DNA of 63,976 nucleotides, filler included, from Craspedostauros australis (taxonomy: Eukaryota): the NCBI GenBank assembly GCA_030167865.1. It is 5 parts of 5 records of this genome, joined end to end, with 100 filler letters (N's around TTAATTAATTAA, not from the genome) between each part and the next. Parts side by side here need not be neighbours in the genome. Positions count along the whole stretch, not along the records: positions 23,747 to 28,555 come from JALAGF010006712.1; positions 28,656 to 36,279 come from JALAGF010006713.1; 3 more parts are not named here. One strand, 5' to 3'. The notes beneath the pieces are model-generated. The model had not been told where the DNA came from, did not search any database, and saw only the letters and a list, made by a program, of their open reading frames with translations. The position numbers and the translations under genes were made by a program. Of the stretch, positions 23,647 through 34,882 are shown piece by piece; position 1 is the first letter of the stretch, and every line of letters begins with the position of its first letter.

Positions 23647-23746
23647 NNNNNNNNNNNNNNNNNNNNNNNNNNNNNNNNNNNNNNNNNNNNTTAATTAATT
23701 AANNNNNNNNNNNNNNNNNNNNNNNNNNNNNNNNNNNNNNNNNNNN
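23647..23746. other. Artificial contig linker (N-TTAATTAATTAA-N)
   Basis: N runs flanking ttaattaattaa, which gives stops in all six frames. Confidence 0.97.
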
Positions 23747-26700
23747 GACGAGTGCGCAGTCCATCTTCTTGATTAGCATGATCACCATCATGACCCGATA
23801 GGTCACGTCATGGATGACGGGTGAGTAATGTTCTTGGAAGTCTACTCCTGCAACTTGTGAATAGCCACATGCAACAAGCCGTGCTCGATGTGTGCCGTCA
23901 CGCTTCAGCTTGAAGACCCATTTGCACTTGCAGCATCTGCGGCCGCGTGGGATGGCGTCTCGTTTGATCTTGCTATACACCTTGCGTGTGTCCATGGAGT
24001 CGAACTCCTTTTTGATGGCTGCTCGATATCCCTTTCGAGGGATGGGATCTGGGTGATTGAAGGCTCCATCGAATGTCGTTGGTTCGATGTGCTTCTCTGG
24101 TTCCTTGTTCTCGTCCTGCATCGACAGTCCGATGTCGATCGCTGGTGTCTTGGTGATGATTGCATTCATCCCGTACAGTCCTGTTGTACTATGGTGAGTG
24201 ATCTCGATCTCTTCTTCATCCATGATTTCTTCATCATCTATAGTTTCGTTGTTGGAATCGTCAATCACCTCGTCGCTGAGTTCGTTACTCTCTTCGTTGG
24301 ATGATGGATCGCTCTCATAGCCTTTCTCCTTTCGACCTCGTTCATTGAAGTCTGCGAGCTCACGCAGAGCTCTAGGAATGCTCTTCCCTGTAGTCAGCTT
24401 AGGATTAGTTTCTCCCTTCCTGCCTCGTGACTCATGACGTTGGATTCTCTCCTTTCTAGCTATATCACGCTTGCTTGGTTTGCTCGGTGGAGGTCTGGAT
24501 GGTGTGTCATGTGTAGACCTCGCTGGTGTGTTCGGAGGAGTGACGCCTGTGTCATCGTCGGCTTCGTCGCCGGATGGTGTGATTTCGTCATCCTCATGAT
24601 TGGATTCGCTCCGATCTTCCTCCTCGTTGTGGGCTAGTTGAGTCACTACTCCGTCGTCCTCATTATCCTCATCGTCGCTGTCTGATAGGATGTAGTATCT
24701 GTTGCTGTCAGCGAAAGATACTCTCTTTGCTTCTGATGCTTGACGCATTGCCGTCCTTGGCATTGCTCCCTTCCGTCCGATGGTTGTGAAGCCGTCTGCG
24801 TCCGTTGTTCCTACTTCGCTGGATAGGTTCGGTGCTGGTGCCCAGCCACGGAACTGTCCGTATGATTGGTTGAGCCATTTGATGTTGCGAGAGCAGACCA
24901 GTGATTTGGTCGATGGTCTGTACATGTTGTAGACTCCTGATGCATGTTGGTGTGCATATCCAATGAACACCATCTCTTCTCCTCTGTTCTTGAGTTTGGC
25001 GGTGATCCCGCCGTAGGTAGTCTTCACAACACCCACCTCTCCGAAAGTGCGGAGTGCATCTGTATATGGTGGATCGCTGTCGAAGAATTGGCGATATGGT
25101 GACTCTTTTTTTTCTTCGCTACGGTGATGTTGGCAATGGCGGTGGCAGTGCTTGCAGCTGCTGCCCACAGGCCATGTCTATACTCTTCGTCGAGTTGTGC
25201 TCCGTTGAGCATGGAGCGGATCTTGGTGTAGAGGTACGCGAACTTGCGTTCTACTCTACCGTTCTGTTGCGGCGTGTTTGATGCCGTGAACTCGAATTTC
25301 ACGTTGAGTCCTGCATCGATGAGAGTATCCTGCGTGGATTTGTTCTCTCCGCTGTTGTCTCCTCGGAAGATGATTTGTTGATCACCAGTCTGTGACTTGA
25401 TCATCTGAACGAATCATTTGATGTACCCTGGTTGGTCACTCTTGTTCTTGAGAAAGAAACTCCAGCAGTGATATGTGCAGTCGTCCACGATCAGGGTCCA
25501 GTAGCGTTTATCTCCAAAGCTTGTGTGTTTAGTGTAACTAATGTCAATGAAGAGCCGTTCGGCGCGGCGAGTTGCTCTTGGAATCGTCACCTTTGGGATG
25601 TTCTTCACTCTTGCGTTCGCGACCGCGCAGTCGCGACATACCGGCATCTCGCCAATGATCTTCCATCCGTACTGAGCGGCCGTCCGCTTCATGGTCTCGA
25701 GTGGCGCGTGGCCGAGCATTCGGTGCAGGTTCACCGCGCTGATCTCNTTGGATGGATTCTTGACGATGGCTGTGCAAGCCTTGTCGTCGTCTGTTGGCAT
25801 GATGGGATGCATCTGTACTCCCGTGATGAATCCGTTGGATGTGGGGAAGACTCGATCGAACACGATCTTCGTTCCGGATCCATTGATGATGTCCATCAGA
25901 ATGCCGTTGTTACCAAGCTGGTAACCGTTGTACAGAGCCTTGTTCGTTGAGAAAAGGTCCACCGCCATTTTCGGTGTGTACTTCACATCATCGAGCCGGA
26001 TGATGTGGCCAGTGTTGTCTCGTTGCTTGACCTTCAAGCGAATGGATCCCATTTTGGGAGAGTCCAGCTTTGTGCTGTCTCCCACTTGGACGAAGGACTT
26101 GATGTGCCGCACGTTGAAGAGAGCGGCGTCTGAGTTGACGATGTGACACGAAGCTCCGCTGTCGGCGAGCCAGGTGTCCTTATTGACCTTGTCCTTGTGT
26201 CTGGTGCTCAGCTCGTGGAGCTGTTCCATGGCTGCCGCAGCTATCTCGTCGTCGAAGCTGCCGTCATCGTCATCTTCGTGAACTCCATCTTCGTTGTATG
26301 GATTCTGGTGGTCCTCATCATCCATGTCGTCGGGTAGTTGCGCGTAGTCCGATGGAACCGCGCTGTTCCGATGTGATCCTGTGACTGAATCGTAGGGGTT
26401 GACGCGTGGTCGTTCGCGTAAGAGTACGCGCATGCATCCTCCAAGGATGTAATGCAGATCCGTCTCCGGGATCGTCTCTGTGTCAGCTGCTTCCAATATG
26501 CGGTTGATGACGACTGCGTTGACGAGAATCTCTTCGATGGATCTGAAGTTCTCGGATAGGATGGATCCCATCATGTTCACCCATATCGGTCTGAGTACTC
26601 CTCGTTCGATTCCTGGGAACAGCTTCACTCCTGCTTCCATCACTGCATCGAAGATGAGTTGCTTCTGGATTACCGATGCTGTCTCTGTTGCATATGGAAC

Positions 26701-28555
26701 GGTATCATGACGATGGAGGTAGTTGGAGCCATTGGGATCCTCAATCGGTGGGAAGTCGATGTTCCCTGGGTAGACGACGCGCTCGTTTGGATTAAAGCTG
26801 TCGTCCGGATGATTCTCGGTTTCGTCGCTGTCATCTTTGTCGAAGATGCCCGATCTGTTGTTCCCCGCTGCTGGAGGAGGCGGCGCTGTGCCGCCGTTCG
26901 TTTCGTCTTGGCCTCTATCATCCTCGTTGATCTCGTCGTCGGCCTCTTCGCTCATGGCCTCTTCGATGTCGCTATCGTTGGCCTCGTTGTCCATCTCGGC
27001 TCCGTCGCCGTATGGACCGATCAGGTCGTTTGCGTTGAAGCAGCATTCGTAGCTTACTTCGCGTCTTGGATCCACCTCGTGGATGATTGGCTCCTCGCTG
27101 AGCCACTCCGGGACGATCTCATCGTCCTGNACTTCGTCGTCACTCCCNACGTACTCGAAGTTATCGAAGAAGGAGTCTTCGATGTAGTCGTCGGACACCA
27201 ACATGCAGAGCGGCATGTCTTTTGCCGAGAGTACCATCTCGTGCCCGCTCTTGTCGTGTCCTTGTGTTGCTGTGTTGACCTGTTCGTCGGTCTTCTTCTT
27301 CTCGTTGAACTTCTTCTTTCGGCACTCCGCCTCGCAATGTCCGAAGATGCCGCAGTAGTTGCACTTGCCCTTGAAGCCGCTTCCCTTGTTGCGGTTGTTG
27401 TTGCGCTTTCCGTTCATCTTGTTGTTGTTGTTGTTTTTCTTGTTGTTCGATTTCNNNNNNNNNNNNNNNNNNNNNNNNNNNNNNNNNNNNNNNNNNNNNN
27501 NNNNGAAGCCGCTTCCCTTGTTGCGGTTGTTGTTGCGCTTTCCGTTCATCTTGTTGTTGTTGTTGTTTTTCTTGTTGTTCGATTTCTTACGTTCTGGGCA
27601 ATCGGCGGATCTGTGACCATACACACCACAGTTGTGGCAAGTACCCTTGAAGTTACCGGTGCTCGTGAAGCCGGTGTCGTTGCTCTTCGTGTTGCTGTCT
27701 TGGAAGTCGTCGACGTATGCTTTGCCTCCTTGATGAGTGGCGTATGCAGTGCGGAGTACTCCTCTGATCGCGTTGATGGTAACCAGTTCCGGATTGAACG
27801 TGAGTTGATGTTGGAAGTTCACGATGTGTGTTCTGTATTCCACGCTCACCGTGCTGAGGATTTGCATGATCATTTCCTCGTCCGTGATCTCGTACTTGAC
27901 ATCGTGGAGACGCGATTGTAGACCCTCCAGTCGTGTGATGTAGATGTCGGGGTCCGTGTCTCTCTTCACCTTTTCGTTGTTGAACTGACGCTTGAGCTTG
28001 ATCTTCGTCGCTGAGTCGGATGGACGGAACTTCTCCGCGGGAACGTTCCACGCTGCGTGTGGATCTCCTTCGGGGTAGTCGTCGGAGACGCATTGGTTGA
28101 TGTACTGGATGGCCTGCTTGCCCTCTCCTTTCTCTGCATCCATCATGAGGATCAGATCGCTGAAGCAGTCGCATCCCAGTTCGTAGATTTCCTCCATCGC
28201 TTCCTTGGCATCGTCGGNNNNNNNNNNNNNNNNNNNNNNNNNNNNNNNNNNNNNNNNNNNNNNNNNNNNNNNNNNNNNNNNNNNNNNNNNNNNNNNNNNN
28301 NNNNNNNNNNNNNNNNNNNNNNNNNNNNNNNNNNNNNNNNNNNNNNNNNNNNNNNNNNNNNNNNNNNNNNNNNNNNNNNNNNNNNNNNNNGCCATGTTGA
28401 TTCGTTGTTTCGTCGTTGGTGCGCTCGCGCCCTTGATTTCCGTCGGTTTCTGTGTTGCCGATTCTTCGATTTTTGTTGGCAAGTTCCGCGCACGGTAACC
28501 TACGATCGTGGAAGATGGTGTTGGTTGATAGTCGTCTGTTTGCTATTTCATTACT
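23747..28555 (-). mobile_element. Ty1/Copia (CoDi-like) LTR retrotransposon gag-pol, disrupted and truncated by contig ends
   Basis: Gag DPDIYITRLE, CCHC knuckles, protease WLADSGASCH, LHRMLGH..CRDC, integrase IDIS/IVDD/RGDNSGEN/TPQQNGRVER, RT CKWVFKLK..RARLVACGYSQ; order PR-IN-RT; stop at 25414 and frameshift near 25165. Confidence 0.95.
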
Positions 28556-28655
28556 NNNNNNNNNNNNNNNNNNNNNNNNNNNNNNNNNNNNNNNNNNNNT
28601 TAATTAATTAANNNNNNNNNNNNNNNNNNNNNNNNNNNNNNNNNNNNNNNNNNNN
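28556..28655. other. Artificial contig linker
   Basis: N-ttaattaattaa-N. Confidence 0.97.
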
Positions 28656-29312
28656 TACTTGGTGAAGCACTCGCGACCAGACATTGCGAATGCGGTGCGC
28701 GAACTTACCAAGGTGCTGGACGGACCATCAGCTGCAGCATACAAGGAGATGCTNNNNNNNNNNNNNNNNNNNNNNNNNNNNNNNNNNNNNNNNNNNNNNN
28801 NNNNNNNNNNNNNNNNNNNNNNNNNNNNNNNNNNNNNNNNNNNNNNNNNNNNNNNNGAGTTTGCGGGAGACAAGGATAACCGGATCAGTGTCGGGGGACA
28901 TCTCGTCCTACTGCAAGGGGTGCCCATCGTATGGAGATCGAAGGCACAACGAAGCGTAACTCTCAGCTCAACAGAGGCGGAATACGTCGCCCTGTCAGAA
29001 GCAGGAAAGGAGATTCGCTTCCCCACGCAACTAGTGGAGGACATCGGGTTGACAATGACCAAACCAGTGGATGTGTATGTGGACAATGTGGGGGCTATCT
29101 TCATTGCCTCCAATCCATCGACATCAGCACGAACGAGACACATCGATATACAACATCATTTCACTCGGGAGCTGATAGACAACGGAGAGGCACGAATTCA
29201 ATTTGTGCGCTCAGAGGAGAACATCGCGGACGGCTTCACCAAGAACACAAAGAAGGAGATCTACGATAAACACAAAGGGAGCATCATTCAATTGAGATCG
29301 ACCATGGATTAA
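28656..29312 (+). mobile_element. Copia RT end + RNase H coding region
   Basis: SRPDIANAVREL; FAGDKDNRISVGG; WRSKAQRSVTLSSTEAEYVA; VDNVGAI; RTRHIDIQHHF; NIADGFTK. Confidence 0.95.
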
Positions 29313-29399
29313 TGGGACAGAAGAGATGAGCGAAAGAGCGAGACAAGGGAGTATGACGAAAGACGATTTGTGTGTGTGAGTGAGTATGGTGGTGCGACA

Positions 29400-29980
29400 A
29401 TGGAAGGGTGTCAGGAATCGGGGGTACGACTTTGCAAAGATACCGTATTCTGCCGCAGCTCCCATGAGGACTGACCGGAACCGGAATGGTATTAAGTGCA
29501 AAGATACCCATGATTGCCGCAACCCCCAATAGCATCTACCAGACAAAACGCAACCTAACAATCGACCAGTTGCACTCGGACAGCCCAATGGCCTTACCTG
29601 TCTTATGCGACATCCAAGCACCCTCATCCAGTGGCCTACTCGGCCATGTCCAGATAACGGTCGGGAACGGAGAGATCTATGAGGATGGCAACACACCAGC
29701 CCATGAGTGAATCGAGTGAGCGCGACAACCAATATATCTGAACAAGTCGACGCGTCCCTGAGAACCAAATGTAAGAAAGTGAAACAGAGGCGATCCCTAT
29801 TCACCCAAGACCACGATCCGAACGACAATAAGTTCCAAAGATCCAAAGGCAACCATCGAGATGACCGAAGGAAGGAACTGAAATGACACGGATCAAAGTG
29901 GGACCAGTGAGGCGACAGAAGACCGAAGGAGAGGTACCTACAGGTCTACGAGTATGAACTTGACGAATGTAGGTGCTCTC
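29400..29980 (+). mobile_element. Probable polypurine tract and start of 3' LTR (TG at 29409); right end not defined
   Basis: ggaaggg immediately followed by tgtcagg, ~95 bp after the RNase H stop. Confidence 0.55.
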
Positions 29981-30163
29981 CAACTCTCAACCAAGCAAGC
30001 GATGAACCACGATGAAAGCAAGATGAAGATGCAGACGAAAAGAGCCAAGCTAAAGGGTGTAACCTCGGGTGGCTACTGCAGATCATGCTTGTTGTGAATT
30101 GGAATTGAAAGGAGATGAGCATGTTGTGCTCACAGTTCTAAAACGGTACAGACTGATAACAGA

Positions 30164-30552
30164 TTAGTCTACTACTATAACCCCGGATTTCCAACAGTCA
30201 TAGTCTTCCCATTCCGCTTCCTCCACACGCACTGGATCAGTGACATTTGATGCCACAAGCAAGTCTGCGTAGCCGTTTCCGTGTTGCACCTCGTGCGTTG
30301 ATCGTACAGTCATGCCCTTCGCGCGGAACCTGTTGCGCGGATTTGTCTTGTGCATCACACAGCGACCTTCCAAACCTGATGCATCAACCAAGACAGTGGT
30401 AGTACCTCTGATATTTCCCATTCGCATCGCGTCGAAGATTTCGCGTTCGGTTTGAATTTTGCCGCCGCTTTGTACGTAGGATCGTAGTACGATAGTGATG
30501 TAGGCAAAGTGAGTGTCGATTCGCCCTTTGCCTGTTTGGGCTTCTGTGTAGA
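30164..30552 (-). mobile_element. Sola-like (DDD) transposase fragment
   Basis: Open frame from the gap reads YTEAQTGKGRIDTHFAYITIVLRSYVQSGGKIQTEREIFDAMRMGNIRGTTTVLV; the GKxxxD motif resembles the third catalytic Asp region of Sola2/3-type transposases. Confidence 0.55.
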
Positions 30553-31818
30553 NNNNNNNNNNNNNNNNNNNNNNNNNNNNNNNNNNNNNNNNNNNNNNNN
30601 NNNNNNNNNNNNNNNNNNNNNNNNNNNNNNNNNNNNNNNNNNNNNNNNNNNNNNNNNNNNNNNNNNNNNNNNNNNNNNNNNNNNNNNNNNNNNNNNNNNN
30701 NNNNNNNNNNNNNNNNNNNNNNNNNNNNNNNNNNNNNNNNNNNNNNNNNNNNNNNNNNNNNNNNNNNNNNNNNNNNNNNNNNNNNNNNNNNNNNNNNNNN
30801 NNNNNNNNNNNNNNNNNNNNNNNNNNNNNNNNNNNNNNNNNNNNNNNNAACCTCAGATGACGATATCATCTGACAGGCTGCTGCATCACCAATGGAACAT
30901 GACATCTGGAGAGCAGAAGGACGCCTACTGACATCGACAGGATGTCATCATGTCACCACGTTGACATCTGTCTCCAAGTCAGAGCAGGAGGCGAAGATCC
31001 GATGACCGAAGGGCATCAGCATCATGGATACAGAAGGTGAACTTCAAATGGTAAGTACTCATGGAGTAGGAGCCAGTACTGAATGAACGGAGTGTCGAAT
31101 GTGGAGTACGCATCGAATACGGAGTATCGTGTAGTACGAGCACACGATGTTGAGAGAGAGAGTTGGATTTTCGTGTGCTGTTGTGACACGATCCGGAAGG
31201 GATGGCCTAGTTGACTGCCAGATTCAAGGAATCTGATGATGAAGTCAACGTGTGGCGACCGTCTGGAGATTAGTAGTTAGTGACAATGAGGTAGATAAGT
31301 GTTGTAGTGCTGATCTTGAGTTGTGCTATTTGTTATTTGAATAGTCTGCATTGTGAATTGATCAGTTTGAGATGCAGGATGAAGAAACGATAGTCAGTCT
31401 GAATGGTGCGGCTCTGCACTGACCTTCAGAGGTTCAGTGCTGAGGGCGGACGGGTCCTCTCTTTCTCTCTTTCTCCAATATCTCATCGTAGTAGTTCTAC
31501 GTTCGAGTACTAAGCTTGACACCTTGATTGAGGTTGAGATCGAGAACACAGGTTGTCGAGCCGAGGGAATTTGATGTAGGATTCCCTGCATGTGTTGAAG
31601 CAGCGAAGATCTCTTGACTGTTGTCGTGCAGGGTTATCAGGTTGGTTAGCTGACAACGGAATTCAGGTTGGCTGCATTACAATAGTTCAGGAGAGCACAT
31701 AGTTCCCAGGGTGTCTTGATCCCATTGATTCGGATAGTATTTGAGTCAGTGGTGATTCATGATTGAGTGTGGGAGAAGGAGGGGAAAGAGCAATTGTTCC
31801 GTATTTGTTGGTGGGAGG

Positions 31819-31844
31819 TTTCGCGCCAAAATTTCGCGCCAAAA
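31819..31844. promoter_or_regulatory. Tandem E2F-consensus-like sites
   Basis: Perfect 13 bp tandem tttcgcgccaaaa x2, matching TTTSSCGC on both strands. Confidence 0.3.
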
Positions 31845-31910
31845 GCAATTTCAAGCAACGACACAGGACACACTAGAAAGAAAGTAGTCGGTTCTTAGTT
31901 GAACTGCAAT

Positions 31911-32039
31911 TGTGACAAGATGGAAATCTTGGTCTCATGATTCGCCATCGAGAACAAGAAACGATAACAACAAAACGAAATGAAGCACAATTTGTGTGAA
32001 ACAAGGACTCTGAATTTACGCTAAGTGGATTTCTCAACA
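31911..32039 (-). repeat. LTR-like element end (TGTTGAG...), copy 1
   Basis: Reverse complement begins tgttgagaaatccac and aligns with 36094-36233. Confidence 0.8.
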
Positions 32040-32158
32040 CATGAAGACCCAATGAAGAGGGCGAGTTTGCCATCATCCGTAAGGTGGCTGGCCCAAACCC
32101 TTCAAGACCTGGTGTTGGCGCGGAACCGGAGGAAGAATGTACTTGTGCTGCTGTCCCC

Positions 32159-34882
32159 TCAGGGCACAGTGGTGCAGTCTGGGCAAGTGCTGTTGGAGGC
32201 AATGGTCAAGACGGCGCCGAGGAGCGCGCAAGTGGAAGTCGACAGTACGTTGTATTGGCATCGGTTGCAGTTGGCGTTTTCCGCGGCAGGGTCCTCGTTG
32301 CACACGTTGTCGCCGAGGATGATGTCCGCGTTAAAGGAGCCGCCGTAGCCCATCAATTCGCAGGAGGCATTCGGCACGCATGTACCATCACCGATAAGCG
32401 TGTCTCCCTTGAACCCGCTCCATATTTGATTAAATTCGGAGCGAGAGTTCATGTCCGCGCACGATTCGGCGTTGACACAGGACCCGGTTCCCACGATAGT
32501 GTTGGATACAGGCTTGTTGTCGTCGCCGTTGCCCTGGCTGGTCGTTGTGCTGACGGGGTTGTATGGTCCAGAACCCATCGCATAGCAGGATGCAAAGCTA
32601 GCGCATGATCCTGCACCAATATTGGTGTCGCCGTTGGAGTTGCTCGCGAGGTAGAGGCATGCGTTTTTTCCAGTGCATGATCCTGCACCAATAATGGCGT
32701 CGCCGTTGGAGTTTGCCGCAAAAATTCTGCATGCTTTTCTTCCAATGCACGATCCTGGCCCAATGATGGAGGCCTTGTCACTTCCAGAGTTGAAGTTGAA
32801 GAAGTAGCATGAATAAGTGCCAGAGTGGCAGGATCCCTGGAAGATGATGGACTGAGTCTCTATGTTTTTGCATGCCCTGTACCCCATGCAACTGTTGGAT
32901 GCGATAGACGCAATGCCGATCCAGTTGCAGGTATCCTCTCCGTTACAGCATGCGCGCCCTTCTTTCTTACACCAACCCCTGGCATCAGCTGCGGTTCCCG
33001 TGAACATCTCACCGGGGGCGGAAGCGGCCGCCTCGAAGATATCGAGGACACCGGTCTTTCCGCTGATGGTATTGAAGAGAGCGACGCCGTCAGCAGTGCT
33101 GTTCTGGTTTTCGAAGATCCCGAGGAGATCAGCTTTGTCTCGGATAGTGGAGAGAAGGGCTACTCCCTCGGCTGTGTCTGGTGGTCCGAGAGCAACCGGG
33201 AATGTCAGGGGAGTTGGGGCGCTTGTTGGAGCGGTCGGTGCTGAAGTTGGTGCGCTAGTCGGTGTCGAGGTCGGCGAAGCAGTGGGGGCCGATGTCGGCA
33301 CCGATGTCGGTGCGCTAGTCGGTGCTGAAGTTGGCACGCTGGTCGGTGCCGAGGTCGGCGAAGCAGTTGGAGCTGTTGGGGATGGTGTGGGAGGTGACGT
33401 GGCAGGCGTTGGGAAAGGGGTGGGGGAAAAAGTTGGAGAGTCTGTGGGCAAGGTGTCCTTGCCAATACAGTACTCATCCACTCTGTCACCAGTGGGATTC
33501 ATGTTGCTGTCGTTGCCTCCCTTTGGGCAGGCCCCGTCGACATCGCTGATGATGTAGACTTTGTCGGAGTCGCACTCCGTCTTCGTCATGCATCCTCTGC
33601 AGCTATCAACACTGCCGCATCCACCAAGAGGGACGACGAGGTCGGTCCTCATCCTGTCATGGAAGCCCATCTTCTCACATGACCCATCGGCGGCACAGCC
33701 ACCAGCACCAATGGTCAGGCTGCCTGCATACTTGCCCGCAGTACCATGGTTGACAGTGGAATGGGCATCCTTGCAGGCACTGCTGCCAACGCACGCATTC
33801 GGGCCAATGTCGATATGGCTGCGGAAGCGATATGATGGCGACTTCTGCACGACGCGGCGGCCAGATGCATTGCATGCGTCTGGCCCAACGCATGCACCGG
33901 TCTGGATGGTGACATCACCATGAGAACGACGCCCCACTCCCTCACAAGAATGAGGGGTGGTGCATGCCATCTCACCAACAAAGGTGACTCCTGTGATGGA
34001 CGGGTTGATCTCGTTCTCATTCATCAACTCGCATGCACTTGTGCCAGTGCAGGAGGAATCGAGGATGAGCGGGTTGGGTCCCATGTCCTTGCAGGCGCTG
34101 TCACCAGTGCATGCCGTGATGGCGACAGTCATGAATGGAGGAGAGATGGAGGCGGAACCAGTGACTGAGGCGCATCCCGACGGTCCTTGGCAGCACAGAT
34201 CCGCAGCAGGCAGCGACTGGGCCATTCCGATGGTCATGCACGCCTCCTCCATTGCATCCGCTCGCTCGGTGATGAGGATTGCGTTGGTGGCAGCGACCAA
34301 CGCCAACTGCCCAGCAAGCACGTCATGCGACGCGTACTGGTTGAAGAGCTTGCGTGCAGCTCCTTCACCGAGGTCTCCTGCACATCCGAAGAAGTTCTGC
34401 AGCTGCTGGGATTCCTTGACGGCGGTCACTGCCTTGCGGCAGGATGGCTTGGCAGAGTTACAGATGATGGTCTTGGCGCTTGTCTCTTGTGGTGTGAGGG
34501 TGGTGGTGCCATCCGGCTGGCAAACGACCTCTATGGTGGAATCGAAGACGGTTGAAGCAGCTGATGGTTTGGATGTTGGCAGGCGGGTGGACTGGGAGGT
34601 CGGCGAGGCAGTTGGCGACCCAGTAGGCAATGCGGTTAGCGCTGTTGTTTCCGCACCAGCCGGGTTCTCAGTGGGTGGCACTCGGTTGTTCTTGTTGCCC
34701 TTGTTGCCCTTGTTGGTGTTTGCGTCATCGTCGGCGTCCTTGAGGATGCGGGTCTTCGTCATTGCTGTGTGGAGTTCCTTGGTTGGATCCACGGGAGTTC
34801 TGTTGCCGCGGAGGACAGCATGGGTTGTTGCCGTGTTGGTGACAGCGATAAAAGCCACGAAGGCTGCCTTGACGTTGAGCAT
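32159..34882 (-). CDS. Secreted Cys-rich repeat protein with PTS-rich mucin-like linkers (cell-surface/extracellular)
   Basis: Signal peptide MLNVKAAFVAFIAVTNTATTHA + VLRG; two blocks of IGxGSCxGxxAC repeats separated by (PTSA)n; intact ~908 aa. Confidence 0.85.
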   Translation of the reverse strand: MLNVKAAFVAFIAVTNTATTHAVLRGNRTPVDPTKELHTAMTKTRILKDADDDANTNKGNKGNKNNRVPPTENPAGAETTALTALPTGSPTASPTSQSTRLPTSKPSAASTVFDSTIEVVCQPDGTTTLTPQETSAKTIICNSAKPSCRKAVTAVKESQQLQNFFGCAGDLGEGAARKLFNQYASHDVLAGQLALVAATNAILITERADAMEEACMTIGMAQSLPAADLCCQGPSGCASVTGSASISPPFMTVAITACTGDSACKDMGPNPLILDSSCTGTSACELMNENEINPSITGVTFVGEMACTTPHSCEGVGRRSHGDVTIQTGACVGPDACNASGRRVVQKSPSYRFRSHIDIGPNACVGSSACKDAHSTVNHGTAGKYAGSLTIGAGGCAADGSCEKMGFHDRMRTDLVVPLGGCGSVDSCRGCMTKTECDSDKVYIISDVDGACPKGGNDSNMNPTGDRVDEYCIGKDTLPTDSPTFSPTPFPTPATSPPTPSPTAPTASPTSAPTSVPTSAPTSAPTSVPTSAPTASPTSTPTSAPTSAPTAPTSAPTPLTFPVALGPPDTAEGVALLSTIRDKADLLGIFENQNSTADGVALFNTISGKTGVLDIFEAAASAPGEMFTGTAADARGWCKKEGRACCNGEDTCNWIGIASIASNSCMGYRACKNIETQSIIFQGSCHSGTYSCYFFNFNSGSDKASIIGPGSCIGRKACRIFAANSNGDAIIGAGSCTGKNACLYLASNSNGDTNIGAGSCASFASCYAMGSGPYNPVSTTTSQGNGDDNKPVSNTIVGTGSCVNAESCADMNSRSEFNQIWSGFKGDTLIGDGTCVPNASCELMGYGGSFNADIILGDNVCNEDPAAENANCNRCQYNVLSTSTCALLGAVLTIASNSTCPDCTTVP

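Noticed and set aside
27373..27585. Duplicated Asn-rich gag segment
   Set aside because: Identical copies flank a 50-N gap, typical of a scaffolding overlap.
23747..29312. One continuous or head-to-head Copia structure across 28.6 kb
   Set aside because: The pieces are on different contigs in opposite orientation; they may be one family but linkage cannot be read here.
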